From contig CAIOAT010000050.1 in assembly GCA_903856085.1 (NCBI GenBank), forward strand, positions 422 to 64,421: a DNA stretch of 64,000 nucleotides, in the 5' to 3' direction. Made by a program: the position numbers and the translations under genes. The notes below the pieces were generated by a model. The model saw only the letters and a program-made list of their open reading frames with translations. It ran no database searches and was not told the origin of the DNA. This DNA is from Candidatus Omnitrophota bacterium (GTDB lineage Bacteria; Omnitrophota; Omnitrophia; Omnitrophales; Aquincolibacteriaceae). Of this stretch, positions 38,131 through 47,343 are shown piece by piece; within the stretch, counting starts at the first letter, position 1, and each line of letters begins with the position of its first letter.

Positions 38131-39515
38131 TTCCCGGTCTTTTGAGTCGAAGGTTTCGGATGGTGCTGAATCGTAGAGATCGCATCCTGCAGAAGCGAAT
38201 CAGGCAGGGCATATTCTTTCAATTCCCCGTTCAGGAATTTATCATAACCGCTCAAGTCCATAAGCCCGTGGCCGCTATAACAGAAAAGGATCGCCTTCTC
38301 TTTTCCTTCTTCGCGTGCCTTGATAGCCTCATCAATCGTGCAGGCAATGGCGTGACTTGTCTCCGGCGCGCAGATCGCCCCTTCCGTCCTGGCCCAAAGC
38401 ATGGCGGCTTCATAACACTTCAACTGATCGATCGCGCGCGGCTCGAGAAGCCCTTCCACCACACCCTGGCTCACAAGAGGCGACATTCCGTGATAACGCA
38501 ACCCGCCGGCGTGGATCGGTTCTGGAATAAAGGTGTGACCGAGCGTGTGCATGGGAAGAAGCGGCGTCATCTTCGCTACATCCCCGTGATCATAGCTGAA
38601 GGGCCCGCGTGTCAACGTCGGACATGCCGTCGGCTCCACGGGAATGATCTTGATCTTCGCGCCGTGGATCTTGTCGCAAACAAATGGAAACGAGACTCCG
38701 GCAAAATTGCTCCCGCCGCCCGCACATCCGATCACGATATCCGGCTGTTTTTCTCCGGCCAAGGCGAGCTGCTTTTTTGCCTCCAGGCCAATGATGGTCT
38801 GATGGAGCATCACGTGATTGAGAACGCTTCCAAGGCAATAGCGCGTCTTTCCGCTCGGATCGCCCACGGCCTCTTCAATGGCTTCGCTGATCGCGATCCC
38901 GAGGCTTCCGGGCGTCTTCGGATCTTTTTTCAAGATCTCGCGACCGGCATGCGTCTCATGGCTCGGGCTCGCAACACAATTGGCCCCCCACACACGCATC
39001 AGACTTTTCCGGAAAGGCTTCTGGTCGAAGCTGATGCGAACCATAAAAACTTTGCACTCGAGCCCCAGGAGTTGGGATGCAAATGCGATGGCACTTCCCC
39101 ACTGGCCGGCGCCGGTCTCGGTCGTAAGTTTCTTGATGCCGAATTGTTTGTTATACCAAGCCTGAGCCACGGCGGTATTGGGCTTGTGACTCCCGGCCGG
39201 GCTCACACTTTCATCTTTATAATAAATACGCGCGGGGGTCTTCAAATATTTTTCAAGATAGACCGCTCGCTTGAGCGGCGCGGGGCGCCAGCGATAGAGC
39301 ATTTCGAGGATCTCTTCCGGGATATCGATCCAGCGGTCCGTGCTCATCTCCTGCTCGATCAAATTCATGGGAAATACTTTCGCGAGCATGTCCGGTGAGA
39401 TGGGATTCCCGTCAGGCCCAAGCGGCGGCTGCATGGGCGTTGGAAGGTCCGCGGCCAGGTTGTACCACTGTTTGGGCATGTCCTTTTCACTGAGCGTGAT
39501 CTTGATATTTTTCAC
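38124..39515 (-). CDS. trpB2: TrpB-like PLP enzyme (TrpB2)
   Basis: SPAGSHKPNTA, TETGAGQWG, GSVLNHV, GGGSNFAG, HAGGLRYHG, SGHG. Confidence 0.93.
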   Translation of the reverse strand: MKNIKITLSEKDMPKQWYNLAADLPTPMQPPLGPDGNPISPDMLAKVFPMNLIEQEMSTDRWIDIPEEILEMLYRWRPAPLKRAVYLEKYLKTPARIYYKDESVSPAGSHKPNTAVAQAWYNKQFGIKKLTTETGAGQWGSAIAFASQLLGLECKVFMVRISFDQKPFRKSLMRVWGANCVASPSHETHAGREILKKDPKTPGSLGIAISEAIEEAVGDPSGKTRYCLGSVLNHVMLHQTIIGLEAKKQLALAGEKQPDIVIGCAGGGSNFAGVSFPFVCDKIHGAKIKIIPVEPTACPTLTRGPFSYDHGDVAKMTPLLPMHTLGHTFIPEPIHAGGLRYHGMSPLVSQGVVEGLLEPRAIDQLKCYEAAMLWARTEGAICAPETSHAIACTIDEAIKAREEGKEKAILFCYSGHGLMDLSGYDKFLNGELKEYALPDSLLQDAISTIQHHPKPSTQKTGKW

Positions 39516-39687
39516 TTCTGACTCCTTTATTTAAAATGTCCGTGACCGCGTAAGTTCCTGCATAGTTTATCCATTTCCTGAAAATAATCATGGGTTTTTT
39601 GCTTTAGGGATTCTTCTCTCGCTCAAACCCGGAGTATTCTCTTCGTTTAGCTGAAAATCGAATGGAAGAGCCGTATCACAAAAAGAT

Positions 39688-39716
39688 TTGTCGCGGAGGA
39701 GGATTCTCCCTATAAT
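39688..39716 (+). promoter_or_regulatory. sigma70-type promoter of the cyclase gene (leaderless geometry)
   Basis: TTGTCG-17 nt-TATAAT-6 nt-ATG. Confidence 0.6.
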
Positions 39717-39722
39717 CCCTGC

Positions 39723-41915
39723 ATGCGAAAAGCACTTTCTTATATCATCCCCTCGTTGATCCTCTTCGGCGTGCTGGCACTCCAGTACAGTTTTCCGTCA
39801 CAGATCGAATCCTTCCGCGCCAAAGTCTTCGACGTTTTCCAGATGATCAAACCTCGCGTTTATCAGGATACGCCCGTACGCATCATTGATATCGATGATG
39901 AGAGCCTGGAAAAGATCGGACAATGGCCCTGGCCGCGGACGATCCTGGCAAAACTCGTCTCCCGTCTCGCGACTAGCGGTGCCACGGTAATTTCCTTTGA
40001 TGGCGTTTTCCCAGAGTCCGACCGCACTTCCCCACAAAATATGCTCCCGATCTGGGCGGAAGGAGCAACCAGCGAGCTTTTGCGCGCCCAGCTTGAAATG
40101 ATCCCGGACCACGACACGGCGTTCGCGGAAGCCATTTCGCAGGCGCCCGTCGTCCTAGCCTTTGGACTCACAAACGAACCGCACAAAAAACTGCCGGCAT
40201 TAAAAACAGGTTTCCTGGAACACGGCGCAGGCAAGGACCGAGCTGTCGATCATGTATGGCCCATCTTTAAAGGAGCGGTTGTAAGTCTCCCTATTTTGGA
40301 AAAAGCCGCGCGCGGGAACGGCTGCTTTAATATGGGCCTGGAATGGGACCAGATCGTGCGGCGCGTCCCGGCGCTTTTCAGGCTGGACGATACGCTCTAT
40401 CCGGCCCTGGTTCTTGAGACAATGCGTATTTTTCAGGGCGCTTCAGCTTACAAGATCACTATGGCCGGCGCGACAGGCGAAACCTCGTTTGGAGAAAAAA
40501 CCGGCATCGTAGGCATCAAGGCCGGACTTCTGGAGATCCCCACCGACGCGCTTGGAAGGATTTGGCTTTATGACACCGGATACAAGCGAGAGCGGTTCAT
40601 CCCCGCTTGGAAGATCCTCGCGGCGAGTGCCCCGCTCGCAGAATTAAAAGAAAAAATCCTTTTCATCGGGTCAAGCGCCATGGCTTTAAAAGACCTGCGC
40701 GCCACGCCCCTCAATCCCCTTTCATCCGGTGTTGAGGTCCAAACACAGATCGTCGAGCAAATGTTCCTCGGGGATTTTCTGGAACGGCCCGACTGGGCAG
40801 CAGGGCTGGAATTCACTTACCTGACTTTACTGGGCATCCTGCTTATTTTGATCCTGCCCATGGCCGGGGCCATACGCTGTGCCGTGATCGCTTTCCTGGC
40901 CATCGCCTCTGCATTTGGATTTTCCTGGTATGCGTTCGTCCACTGGCATTTTTTGATCGATCCTGTTTTTCCATCCTTCGCTGTTTTTTTGATCTACCTG
41001 GCATCGTCATTTCTTAATTTCCTTGGCACCGAACGGGAACGCGGCCATATCCGCGGCGCCTTCGGCCGGTATCTTTCTCCCGCGCTCGTCGAAAAACTCG
41101 CCAAGAACCCCAAGCAGCTCAAGCTGGGCGGCGAGATGCGCCCCATGACATTCCTCTTTATGGATATCCGCAATTTCACCGGGATCGCGGAAAAGTTCAC
41201 GCCCGAGGAGCTGACCCAATTCATGAACGGTTTCCTCACCCCCATGACCGATATCATCCTTCAATTCGGCGGCACGATCGACAAGTACATGGGCGACTGC
41301 ATCATGGCGTTTTGGAACGCGCCCTTTGAAGACGAAGGCCATGCCTTACACGCCTGCCAATCGGCTTTGGCCATGCAGCAGTTTCTCCGGGCCACACCTG
41401 GCTTCGAAGAGATTCGCGTCGGGATCGGCATCAATAGCGGAAATGCCTGCGTCGGGAACATGGGCTCCGAACAGCGTTTTGATTACACGGCGCTCGGCGA
41501 TGCAGTGAACCTGGCTTCCAGGATCGAGGGACTTTCCAAAAATTACGGCACCGCGACCCTTGTGGGCCAGAACACCGTCGAGGCGACGCAAGAATTCGCG
41601 ACATTGGAGATCGATCTCATCCGAGTCAAGGGGAAGACAAAACCCGTTAAGATCTTCGCGCTTTTGGGAGATACCGAGTTGAAGAACCAGCCACTTTTCA
41701 GAGAAGTACGCGGGCATTTTGAAACGATGCTTGCGGCGTATCGAAATCAACGGTGGGAAGAAGCTGAGAAATCCTTAGAGAATTGCCGCCGCATCACGTT
41801 GCCCAATATCGACCTTGGCGTGCTCTACGAACTTTACGTCTCACGCATTCTCTCTTACAAGATCAATCCCCCGGTTCCCCAATGGGACGGCGTCACGATC
41901 GCTGATTCAAAATAA
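39723..41915 (+). CDS. CHASE2-domain class III adenylate/guanylate cyclase
   Basis: IIDIDDESL..IGQWPWPR; 3 TMs; F.DIRNFT, DKYMGD, DYTALGDAVNLASRIEG (K/T residues suggest ATP). Confidence 0.95.
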   Translation: MRKALSYIIPSLILFGVLALQYSFPSQIESFRAKVFDVFQMIKPRVYQDTPVRIIDIDDESLEKIGQWPWPRTILAKLVSRLATSGATVISFDGVFPESDRTSPQNMLPIWAEGATSELLRAQLEMIPDHDTAFAEAISQAPVVLAFGLTNEPHKKLPALKTGFLEHGAGKDRAVDHVWPIFKGAVVSLPILEKAARGNGCFNMGLEWDQIVRRVPALFRLDDTLYPALVLETMRIFQGASAYKITMAGATGETSFGEKTGIVGIKAGLLEIPTDALGRIWLYDTGYKRERFIPAWKILAASAPLAELKEKILFIGSSAMALKDLRATPLNPLSSGVEVQTQIVEQMFLGDFLERPDWAAGLEFTYLTLLGILLILILPMAGAIRCAVIAFLAIASAFGFSWYAFVHWHFLIDPVFPSFAVFLIYLASSFLNFLGTERERGHIRGAFGRYLSPALVEKLAKNPKQLKLGGEMRPMTFLFMDIRNFTGIAEKFTPEELTQFMNGFLTPMTDIILQFGGTIDKYMGDCIMAFWNAPFEDEGHALHACQSALAMQQFLRATPGFEEIRVGIGINSGNACVGNMGSEQRFDYTALGDAVNLASRIEGLSKNYGTATLVGQNTVEATQEFATLEIDLIRVKGKTKPVKIFALLGDTELKNQPLFREVRGHFETMLAAYRNQRWEEAEKSLENCRRITLPNIDLGVLYELYVSRILSYKINPPVPQWDGVTIADSK

Positions 41916-41957
41916 AAAGAGGCGGACTGAGTTATTCGATCAGCCCGCCCCTTTTTT
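41915..41957. terminator. Bidirectional intrinsic terminator
   Basis: GGCGGACTGA-loop-TCAGCCCGCC with A/T tails between convergent genes. Confidence 0.75.
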
Positions 41958-41973
41958 AAAAAACTGCGCTATC

Positions 41974-42474
41974 CTACCGATGAGTCGCTGCTTCTCCTGT
42001 GGAAGTGTGAGCGCGGTCCTTTGCTGCTTCCTGACTCTTTTGGTCCAACTCATCCAAACCATTGAGGAGAGCCGCGGTTTCGGCCACGTCCTCTTGTTTT
42101 CTTTGCGCCATCTTGCCGGACACAGCCCTGAAGATCCCCTTCACCATGCCAGCCTTGTCCCCAGCATTCCCGGGATCATAGACAAATTCATCAACCGTAA
42201 TCGTACTCAAGGGACCAAGCGAAAAAACCGTCTTGTCCAAGAGCAGGATCTGCAACTGGCTGCCCGCACCGGTCTCGATCTTGTCTCCCATAAAGATCTT
42301 ATCCCCATCCTTTAACGGATGGGAAACTCTCTCCGGTGGCGTCGTGGCCTTGACTTCACCTCTCACCGCCGCCGCCTCGCCCGCCTGCACCGATCCAACC
42401 ACTTCAGCAAATAAATTCCCGCAGATGCCTACCTCGGAGGTAAAAAGAAAAATCAAGAAGATGATTTTTTTCAT
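41974..42474 (-). CDS. FecR-domain protein, short paralogue
   Basis: Signal peptide; GDKIETG...LQILLLDKTVFSLGPLS...GIFRAVSG; lacks the IG.RGT segment. Confidence 0.8.
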   Translation of the reverse strand: MKKIIFLIFLFTSEVGICGNLFAEVVGSVQAGEAAAVRGEVKATTPPERVSHPLKDGDKIFMGDKIETGAGSQLQILLLDKTVFSLGPLSTITVDEFVYDPGNAGDKAGMVKGIFRAVSGKMAQRKQEDVAETAALLNGLDELDQKSQEAAKDRAHTSTGEAATHR

Positions 42475-42498
42475 GAGTAGTCCTTTAATTTTTCGCAT

Positions 42499-42562
42499 CG
42501 TCATTGCGAGGAGCCAAAAGGGACGACGTGGCAATCCTTTCCTTCCAAAGAATGATTACTTC
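42499..42562 (+). repeat. Degenerate palindromic element of the GTCATTGCGAG...GCAATC type
   Basis: CGTCATTGCGAGGAGCC..GGACGACGTGGCAATC left half, eroded GATTACTTC right half. Confidence 0.6.
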
Positions 42563-42660
42563 CCGAGCTTTTTTTCGAAAAAAAAGCACGTTCGCGACAA
42601 ATTTATGGCTAGGAATTTATAGAAACTCATGAAACCGCGTCTAGCCCCTTACTTTTATTA

Positions 42661-43536
42661 TTACGTCGGCGGCTTATACGAAGGCGGTTTTTCTTGCTTC
42701 TTATCTTCTTCGGCAGCAGCAGCATTATTACGAGCCTCGTCCTGGGCATTATCATCCGTGTGCTGATTCATGACGTCCATGGTGTTGAGAATATCAATAA
42801 GCTCCTGGGTATCCACGCTGGTATCGGCCGGAAGATTCGTATCCACTCCGCTTTCTCCAGTCCCAGTGTTGGTCTGACCGAGAGCTTCAGTGATCCTATC
42901 CAGATCCGCCTGTGAAACCCGGAACACCGGAACGGGACTTCTGTTCGGTCCGTCCACGATCGTGGCATTCCCTGCTTTATCGATATCCACACCGACGACC
43001 TCGCCGTTGACGGTATTGGTCACATAAATGCGGCCCATGCCGACCGGGCCCAGCAAAACGATCATCGTTTTTTGTCCATCAATGATCCCGCCCACGTTCG
43101 TGCCGCGGAAACCGATCGAGCCCGCCGGAAGATCGACGGACATGTTCTTGGGATCTTTGTGCGCTACTTTGCCCGACACGACGCGAAAGATCCCCTTCAG
43201 CATGCTGGCCTTGACCTTACCGCTATCGTTCGTCGGGTCAAACACAAATTCGTCGATCGTGATCGCGCTCAAAGGCCCGAGCGTAAAGACTGTCTGGTCC
43301 AGAAGCAGGATCTGCAACTTCCCGTTTTTCTCTGTCTCAATCTTATCCCCCATCAGCACCGAATCCCCGCTTTTCAAAGTACGCGCCGAAGAACCTGCCG
43401 TGGTAATTTTCACTTCACCTTGAACCGCCGCCGCCACGCCGGCCTGAGCGGTGCCCGATGATTTCGCCCATAAGAGTCCGGCCCCCAGAAAAAAAATGGT
43501 AAGCGCGAAGGATCCCGCGAGAATGATCTTTTTCAT
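42661..43536 (-). CDS. FecR-domain periplasmic protein
   Basis: Signal peptide; GDKIET, LLLDQTVFTLGP, GIFRVVSG, SIGFRGT. Confidence 0.85.
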   Translation of the reverse strand: MKKIILAGSFALTIFFLGAGLLWAKSSGTAQAGVAAAVQGEVKITTAGSSARTLKSGDSVLMGDKIETEKNGKLQILLLDQTVFTLGPLSAITIDEFVFDPTNDSGKVKASMLKGIFRVVSGKVAHKDPKNMSVDLPAGSIGFRGTNVGGIIDGQKTMIVLLGPVGMGRIYVTNTVNGEVVGVDIDKAGNATIVDGPNRSPVPVFRVSQADLDRITEALGQTNTGTGESGVDTNLPADTSVDTQELIDILNTMDVMNQHTDDNAQDEARNNAAAAEEDKKQEKPPSYKPPT

Positions 43537-43538
43537 AT

Positions 43539-44966
43539 TTAGAACTCCCATCGTTTGCTTAAAAGACACTGAAACTTGTTGTTGCCGTAGGTGTAGTTGG
43601 TGATATTGGAAAGCGCATGATAATACTCATACGTGCCGGTAAAAAGAATGTCTTTGAACGGCTTCGGGAGGATCTTTCCGATGAGGAGAGTCGTAAGCGG
43701 CGCGCCGTAGGTGATGCGATACCTTATGGTTTTGTCGTGACGATGACGGCCCGAGACAGAAAACTCAGGACTCTCGTAATCATCCGCATAGTAGTTGAAG
43801 GTGTTGATCAGGAATTGCTGCTTTTTCAAAAACCAGGTGTGGGTATTGTTGATCGAGAAACGGTTAAAGGCATTGTAGTCCTGTTTCGCATATTTATCGC
43901 CATACCCGAGACTGCTCGTCCATTTCATCGCCGGCGTAAACCAATAACTAGCGCCCCACGCGTAATCGAACTCAGGACCCTTGCGATCGGTCGCATTGTT
44001 ATTTTCTGAAATATTCATGTAATCCTGACGCTCGGCCCGAAAGTTAAAGAACGCGTTAAGATCTTTGGTGAAATCGTGGTCAAAAAATAAATTGCCACCC
44101 TGGGTCCGGAGAAAGCTTTGCGAAGAAAGAAGAATATTGCTGGCAACAAAGGACGGCGTGAAATTCACATATTGTCCTTTGTACGTGCCGCCAACCTCGT
44201 ACTGAAACGAACCGAGATCGAGGGAATGCAGGTTCGTCTGTTCCTGGAGATAATAAGTGAAAGATCCGAAAACCGAGTGTCCTTCCTTGAAACCGAGGTC
44301 ATGAGTGACGTTCACATCGCTCACATTAAGAAAGTTCGTGTCCGCCCGTCGTCTGTCAGAAGCAGGATTGGCCACCATAAGGTCATTGACGAGCTGAGAT
44401 TTGGAATGCGGCGCGGCATTACGGTTCGTGTCGTAGCCCCATCCGACGCTCTCCCGAAGGCTCACGCGGGTACGCTTTTTCTTGACCTTGATATTCTTCT
44501 CATAATAGTCGGTTTCGGCCTTGATCTTTGAGGTCAGCGTCATGCCTCTGAGAATACCGATTTCCTTTAGAGCTCCATCCCAATTGGACGACTTGTAGAG
44601 GACGGCCACATAGAGAATACGGACATCGGCGAGATTCGGGCTGACAAGCAATACCCGTTCGACCGTGGCCGAAGCTCCTTGATAGTCGCCCCGAGCGATC
44701 AGCTCCTTGGCATAACGGATATTGAGATCGACGTTATCCGGATCCTTGAGGATATCCTGAAAAGTCACCCCAGTCTTATACTGCTCCTGAAAAGTGGCGC
44801 CTTTGGAACCCTCGGCCGCTCTAGCGGACTGTTTTTCAGCCCGGGTCTCACGACGCATACGCTGAACCTCGTTTTCGAGATCCTCCGCGAAAGAGACGGC
44901 GTTAAACATAAACAGAAAAAATATAACGAGAGCGAGGAGCTTCAGAGGAGATCTTGAGCGCATCAT
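43539..44966 (-). CDS. TPR + outer-membrane beta-barrel protein (Slam/DUF560-like)
   Basis: Signal peptide, TPR helices, GYDTN barrel start, terminal Phe. Confidence 0.75.
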   Translation of the reverse strand: MMRSRSPLKLLALVIFFLFMFNAVSFAEDLENEVQRMRRETRAEKQSARAAEGSKGATFQEQYKTGVTFQDILKDPDNVDLNIRYAKELIARGDYQGASATVERVLLVSPNLADVRILYVAVLYKSSNWDGALKEIGILRGMTLTSKIKAETDYYEKNIKVKKKRTRVSLRESVGWGYDTNRNAAPHSKSQLVNDLMVANPASDRRRADTNFLNVSDVNVTHDLGFKEGHSVFGSFTYYLQEQTNLHSLDLGSFQYEVGGTYKGQYVNFTPSFVASNILLSSQSFLRTQGGNLFFDHDFTKDLNAFFNFRAERQDYMNISENNNATDRKGPEFDYAWGASYWFTPAMKWTSSLGYGDKYAKQDYNAFNRFSINNTHTWFLKKQQFLINTFNYYADDYESPEFSVSGRHRHDKTIRYRITYGAPLTTLLIGKILPKPFKDILFTGTYEYYHALSNITNYTYGNNKFQCLLSKRWEF

Positions 44967-45096
44967 CTGCCTTTCCTTTTTCGGAAAACGGTTATGACGG
45001 TCTTTACGGCGAAAAAACAAATTCTGGAGATTCTCGGCAAACCTTTAATGCGGCGTAGTTTACCTTTCGCGTGCCGGAAAAGCAACTTTCAATACT

Positions 45097-45199
45097 GGAT
45101 GAAGGAAGTAGGCTGACACATGAAGTACAGCAGAAGCCACCGGTTAAACGCCATCCTTCATCCTTCTTTCTTCAGCCTCCATCCCACATCCTATATCCT
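45097..45199. repeat. Inverted degenerate heptamer arrays (GGATGAA)n...(TCATCCT)n
   Basis: GGATGAA GGAAGTA GGCTGAC ACATGAA versus CCATCCT TCATCCT TCTTTCT TCAGCCT CCATCCC ACATCCT ATATCCT. Confidence 0.65.
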
Positions 45200-45277
45200 T
45201 AGAATACCGCACGGTGCTCTTCGTTACTCTGATGGATTTATGAGCCTTCATCCAAAAAAATAAGTTATACTGTCAAC

Positions 45278-45364
45278 ATGTCTAATTCTCCATCAGACAA
45301 TTCGAAAATTAATGGGGCTAGTCCTGGCAATCTTCTTCCAAAAAAAAATAGCGGCCAGGGCATG
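45278..45364 (+). repeat. Two-hairpin coding palindromic element, family 1 copy A (N-terminal extension of HelY)
   Basis: ATGTCTAATTCTCCATCAG-12-TTAATGGGGCTA GTCCTGGC-25-GCCAGGGC ATG. Confidence 0.8.
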
Positions 45365-47329
45365 TCATTCCAATTGGACCCGTTCCAAGTACAAGCCATA
45401 GAGTGGATCGAAAAAGAGCAATCGCTGCTTGTCTCAGCGCCCACGGGCTCCGGAAAAACGCTGATTGCCGAAAGAGCTGTCGAAAAAGCTCTCGCACGCG
45501 GCGAACGGGTCATTTACACCGCCCCGATCAAAGCCCTGAGTAATCAGAAATTCCGAGACTTCCAAGAACGTTTCGGTAAAGAAACGGTCGGCATCTTGAC
45601 CGGCGACGTCTCGATCAATTCCGATGCACCGCTCCTCATCATGACCACGGAAATTTACAGGAATTGCCTTTTCGAGAACACCGAACGTATCCAAAAGATC
45701 GGTTGGGTCATTTTTGACGAGGTCCATTATCTGGATGACCCGCAACGCGGCACGGTCTGGGAAGAAGCGCTCCTTTTCACCCCGCCCGAGATTCGGATCC
45801 TCGCACTAAGCGCCACAATCCCGAACGTCCAGGAACTCGCATCCTGGATCCGGCAGATCCACCAGCGCCCCATCGCCGTGATCGAGGAGGCCCATCGCCC
45901 GGTTCCGCTCCATTTTCTTTTTCAATGCCAAGGGAAGATCCTTACGAACACGAAATCACTTCGCAAGGAAGGCTATCTTCAGCGCGATAATTGGCAGCTT
46001 TCCATGCGGGAAAGACGCCGTGGATGGCAGCCCCCCCGCGCGCGGCCCAACCGCCTTCATGACATGATCAAATACTTGATCGATCAGGATCAGCTACCGG
46101 CCATTTATTTCGCTTTCGGACGCAAGCGCACGGCTATGCTTGCTTGGGAAGTGGCGCATTTTGACCTTATGCGAGATGCGGAGCGCCGCCAGATCCGGAC
46201 CCTTTATGATGAACTCCTGGCACGCTACGACCTGGCCGGAGACAAGACTGCCGAAGAAATACGGCCGCTCATCGAGCAAGGCATCGCCTACCATCACGCG
46301 GGTATGCTCCCCACCTTAAAAGAGGTCATCGAGCGGCTTTTCACCAGCCGCTTGCTCAAACTCATCTTCACCACCGAGACCTTCGCTCTAGGGATCAACA
46401 TGCCGGCACGCACCGTCGTTTTTGATGAACTTGAAAAATTCTATGGTATGGGATTCAAACCGCTCACCACACGGGATTTCTTTCAGATGGCCGGACGCGC
46501 CGGGCGGCGCGGCATGGACTCGGAAGGCTTTGTCTATTGCCGTATCCATCCGAACGATATCGCATTCCCGGAAGTGGAGCGCATTCTTTACGGAAAACCG
46601 GAGCCTGTGCGCAGTCAGCTGAACGCCACTTACGCGACTCTACTAAACCTTTACAAAATGCTCGGCCACAAGCTTCTTGAGATCTATCCCCGGTCTTTCC
46701 ATTTTTTCCAGTCTTCCAAGCGTAAACGCGACGAAGGGCTCGATCTCTTGAAGAACAAACTCGCCCTTCTGCAGGAGATGGGCTATATCACGGATCAAGG
46801 AACCACGGACACGCAAGGCGTCCTCACCGTCAAAGGAGAATTCGCGGCCTCGATCTTCGGCTTTGAGCTGCTCCTCACCGAAATGTACACGGACGGCGCG
46901 CTGGAGCAGTTGGATGAGGCAAAATTGAACGTCTTTCTGGCAGGGCTGATCTTCGAGCCCCGGAAGAACGATGAAGCCCCGCGGCTCGGTAAAGACCACG
47001 CCGAACTTCTCAAGTTGACGCAGCATTACCACCGTATGATCTTCAAGTGGGAATCTAATTTCCGCGTCACACCGCCCACCAAGCCTCCCTATTTTCATCT
47101 CGCCCGTGCCGTCGAGGCGTGGACGCACGGCAAAGATTTCGAGCATATCTGCAAACTCACCTCGGAAGACGAAGGAAGCCTGGTCCGCTATATCCGGATG
47201 GTGATCCAATTGCTGCGGGAGATCGCAAACGCGCCGCACGCCTCTGAAGGACTCAAGGCCAAGGCAAGACGCGCGCGGGAAATGATCGATCGCGATGTGG
47301 TAGACGCGGAAAAACAATTGCGGATCTGA
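45278..47329 (+). CDS. Ski2-like DEAD/DEAH helicase (HelY family); alternative start at 45362
   Basis: APTGSGKT, PIKALSNQK, DEVH, LSAT, HHAGMLP, TETFALGINMPA, QMAGRAGRRG, DSHCT tail. Confidence 0.93.
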   Translation: MSNSPSDNSKINGASPGNLLPKKNSGQGMSFQLDPFQVQAIEWIEKEQSLLVSAPTGSGKTLIAERAVEKALARGERVIYTAPIKALSNQKFRDFQERFGKETVGILTGDVSINSDAPLLIMTTEIYRNCLFENTERIQKIGWVIFDEVHYLDDPQRGTVWEEALLFTPPEIRILALSATIPNVQELASWIRQIHQRPIAVIEEAHRPVPLHFLFQCQGKILTNTKSLRKEGYLQRDNWQLSMRERRRGWQPPRARPNRLHDMIKYLIDQDQLPAIYFAFGRKRTAMLAWEVAHFDLMRDAERRQIRTLYDELLARYDLAGDKTAEEIRPLIEQGIAYHHAGMLPTLKEVIERLFTSRLLKLIFTTETFALGINMPARTVVFDELEKFYGMGFKPLTTRDFFQMAGRAGRRGMDSEGFVYCRIHPNDIAFPEVERILYGKPEPVRSQLNATYATLLNLYKMLGHKLLEIYPRSFHFFQSSKRKRDEGLDLLKNKLALLQEMGYITDQGTTDTQGVLTVKGEFAASIFGFELLLTEMYTDGALEQLDEAKLNVFLAGLIFEPRKNDEAPRLGKDHAELLKLTQHYHRMIFKWESNFRVTPPTKPPYFHLARAVEAWTHGKDFEHICKLTSEDEGSLVRYIRMVIQLLREIANAPHASEGLKAKARRAREMIDRDVVDAEKQLRI

Positions 47330-47343
47330 AAAGCCAGGCTTGC

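Noticed and set aside
38142-39398. Long antisense ORFs (e.g. 38142-39398, 5989-7113, 3191-4054, 61108-61920, 23971-24777)
   Set aside because: Shadows of well-supported genes on the other strand; no motifs or SD.
46785-46820. TDQG/TDTQG mini-duplication in helY
   Set aside because: Too short and degenerate to distinguish from chance.
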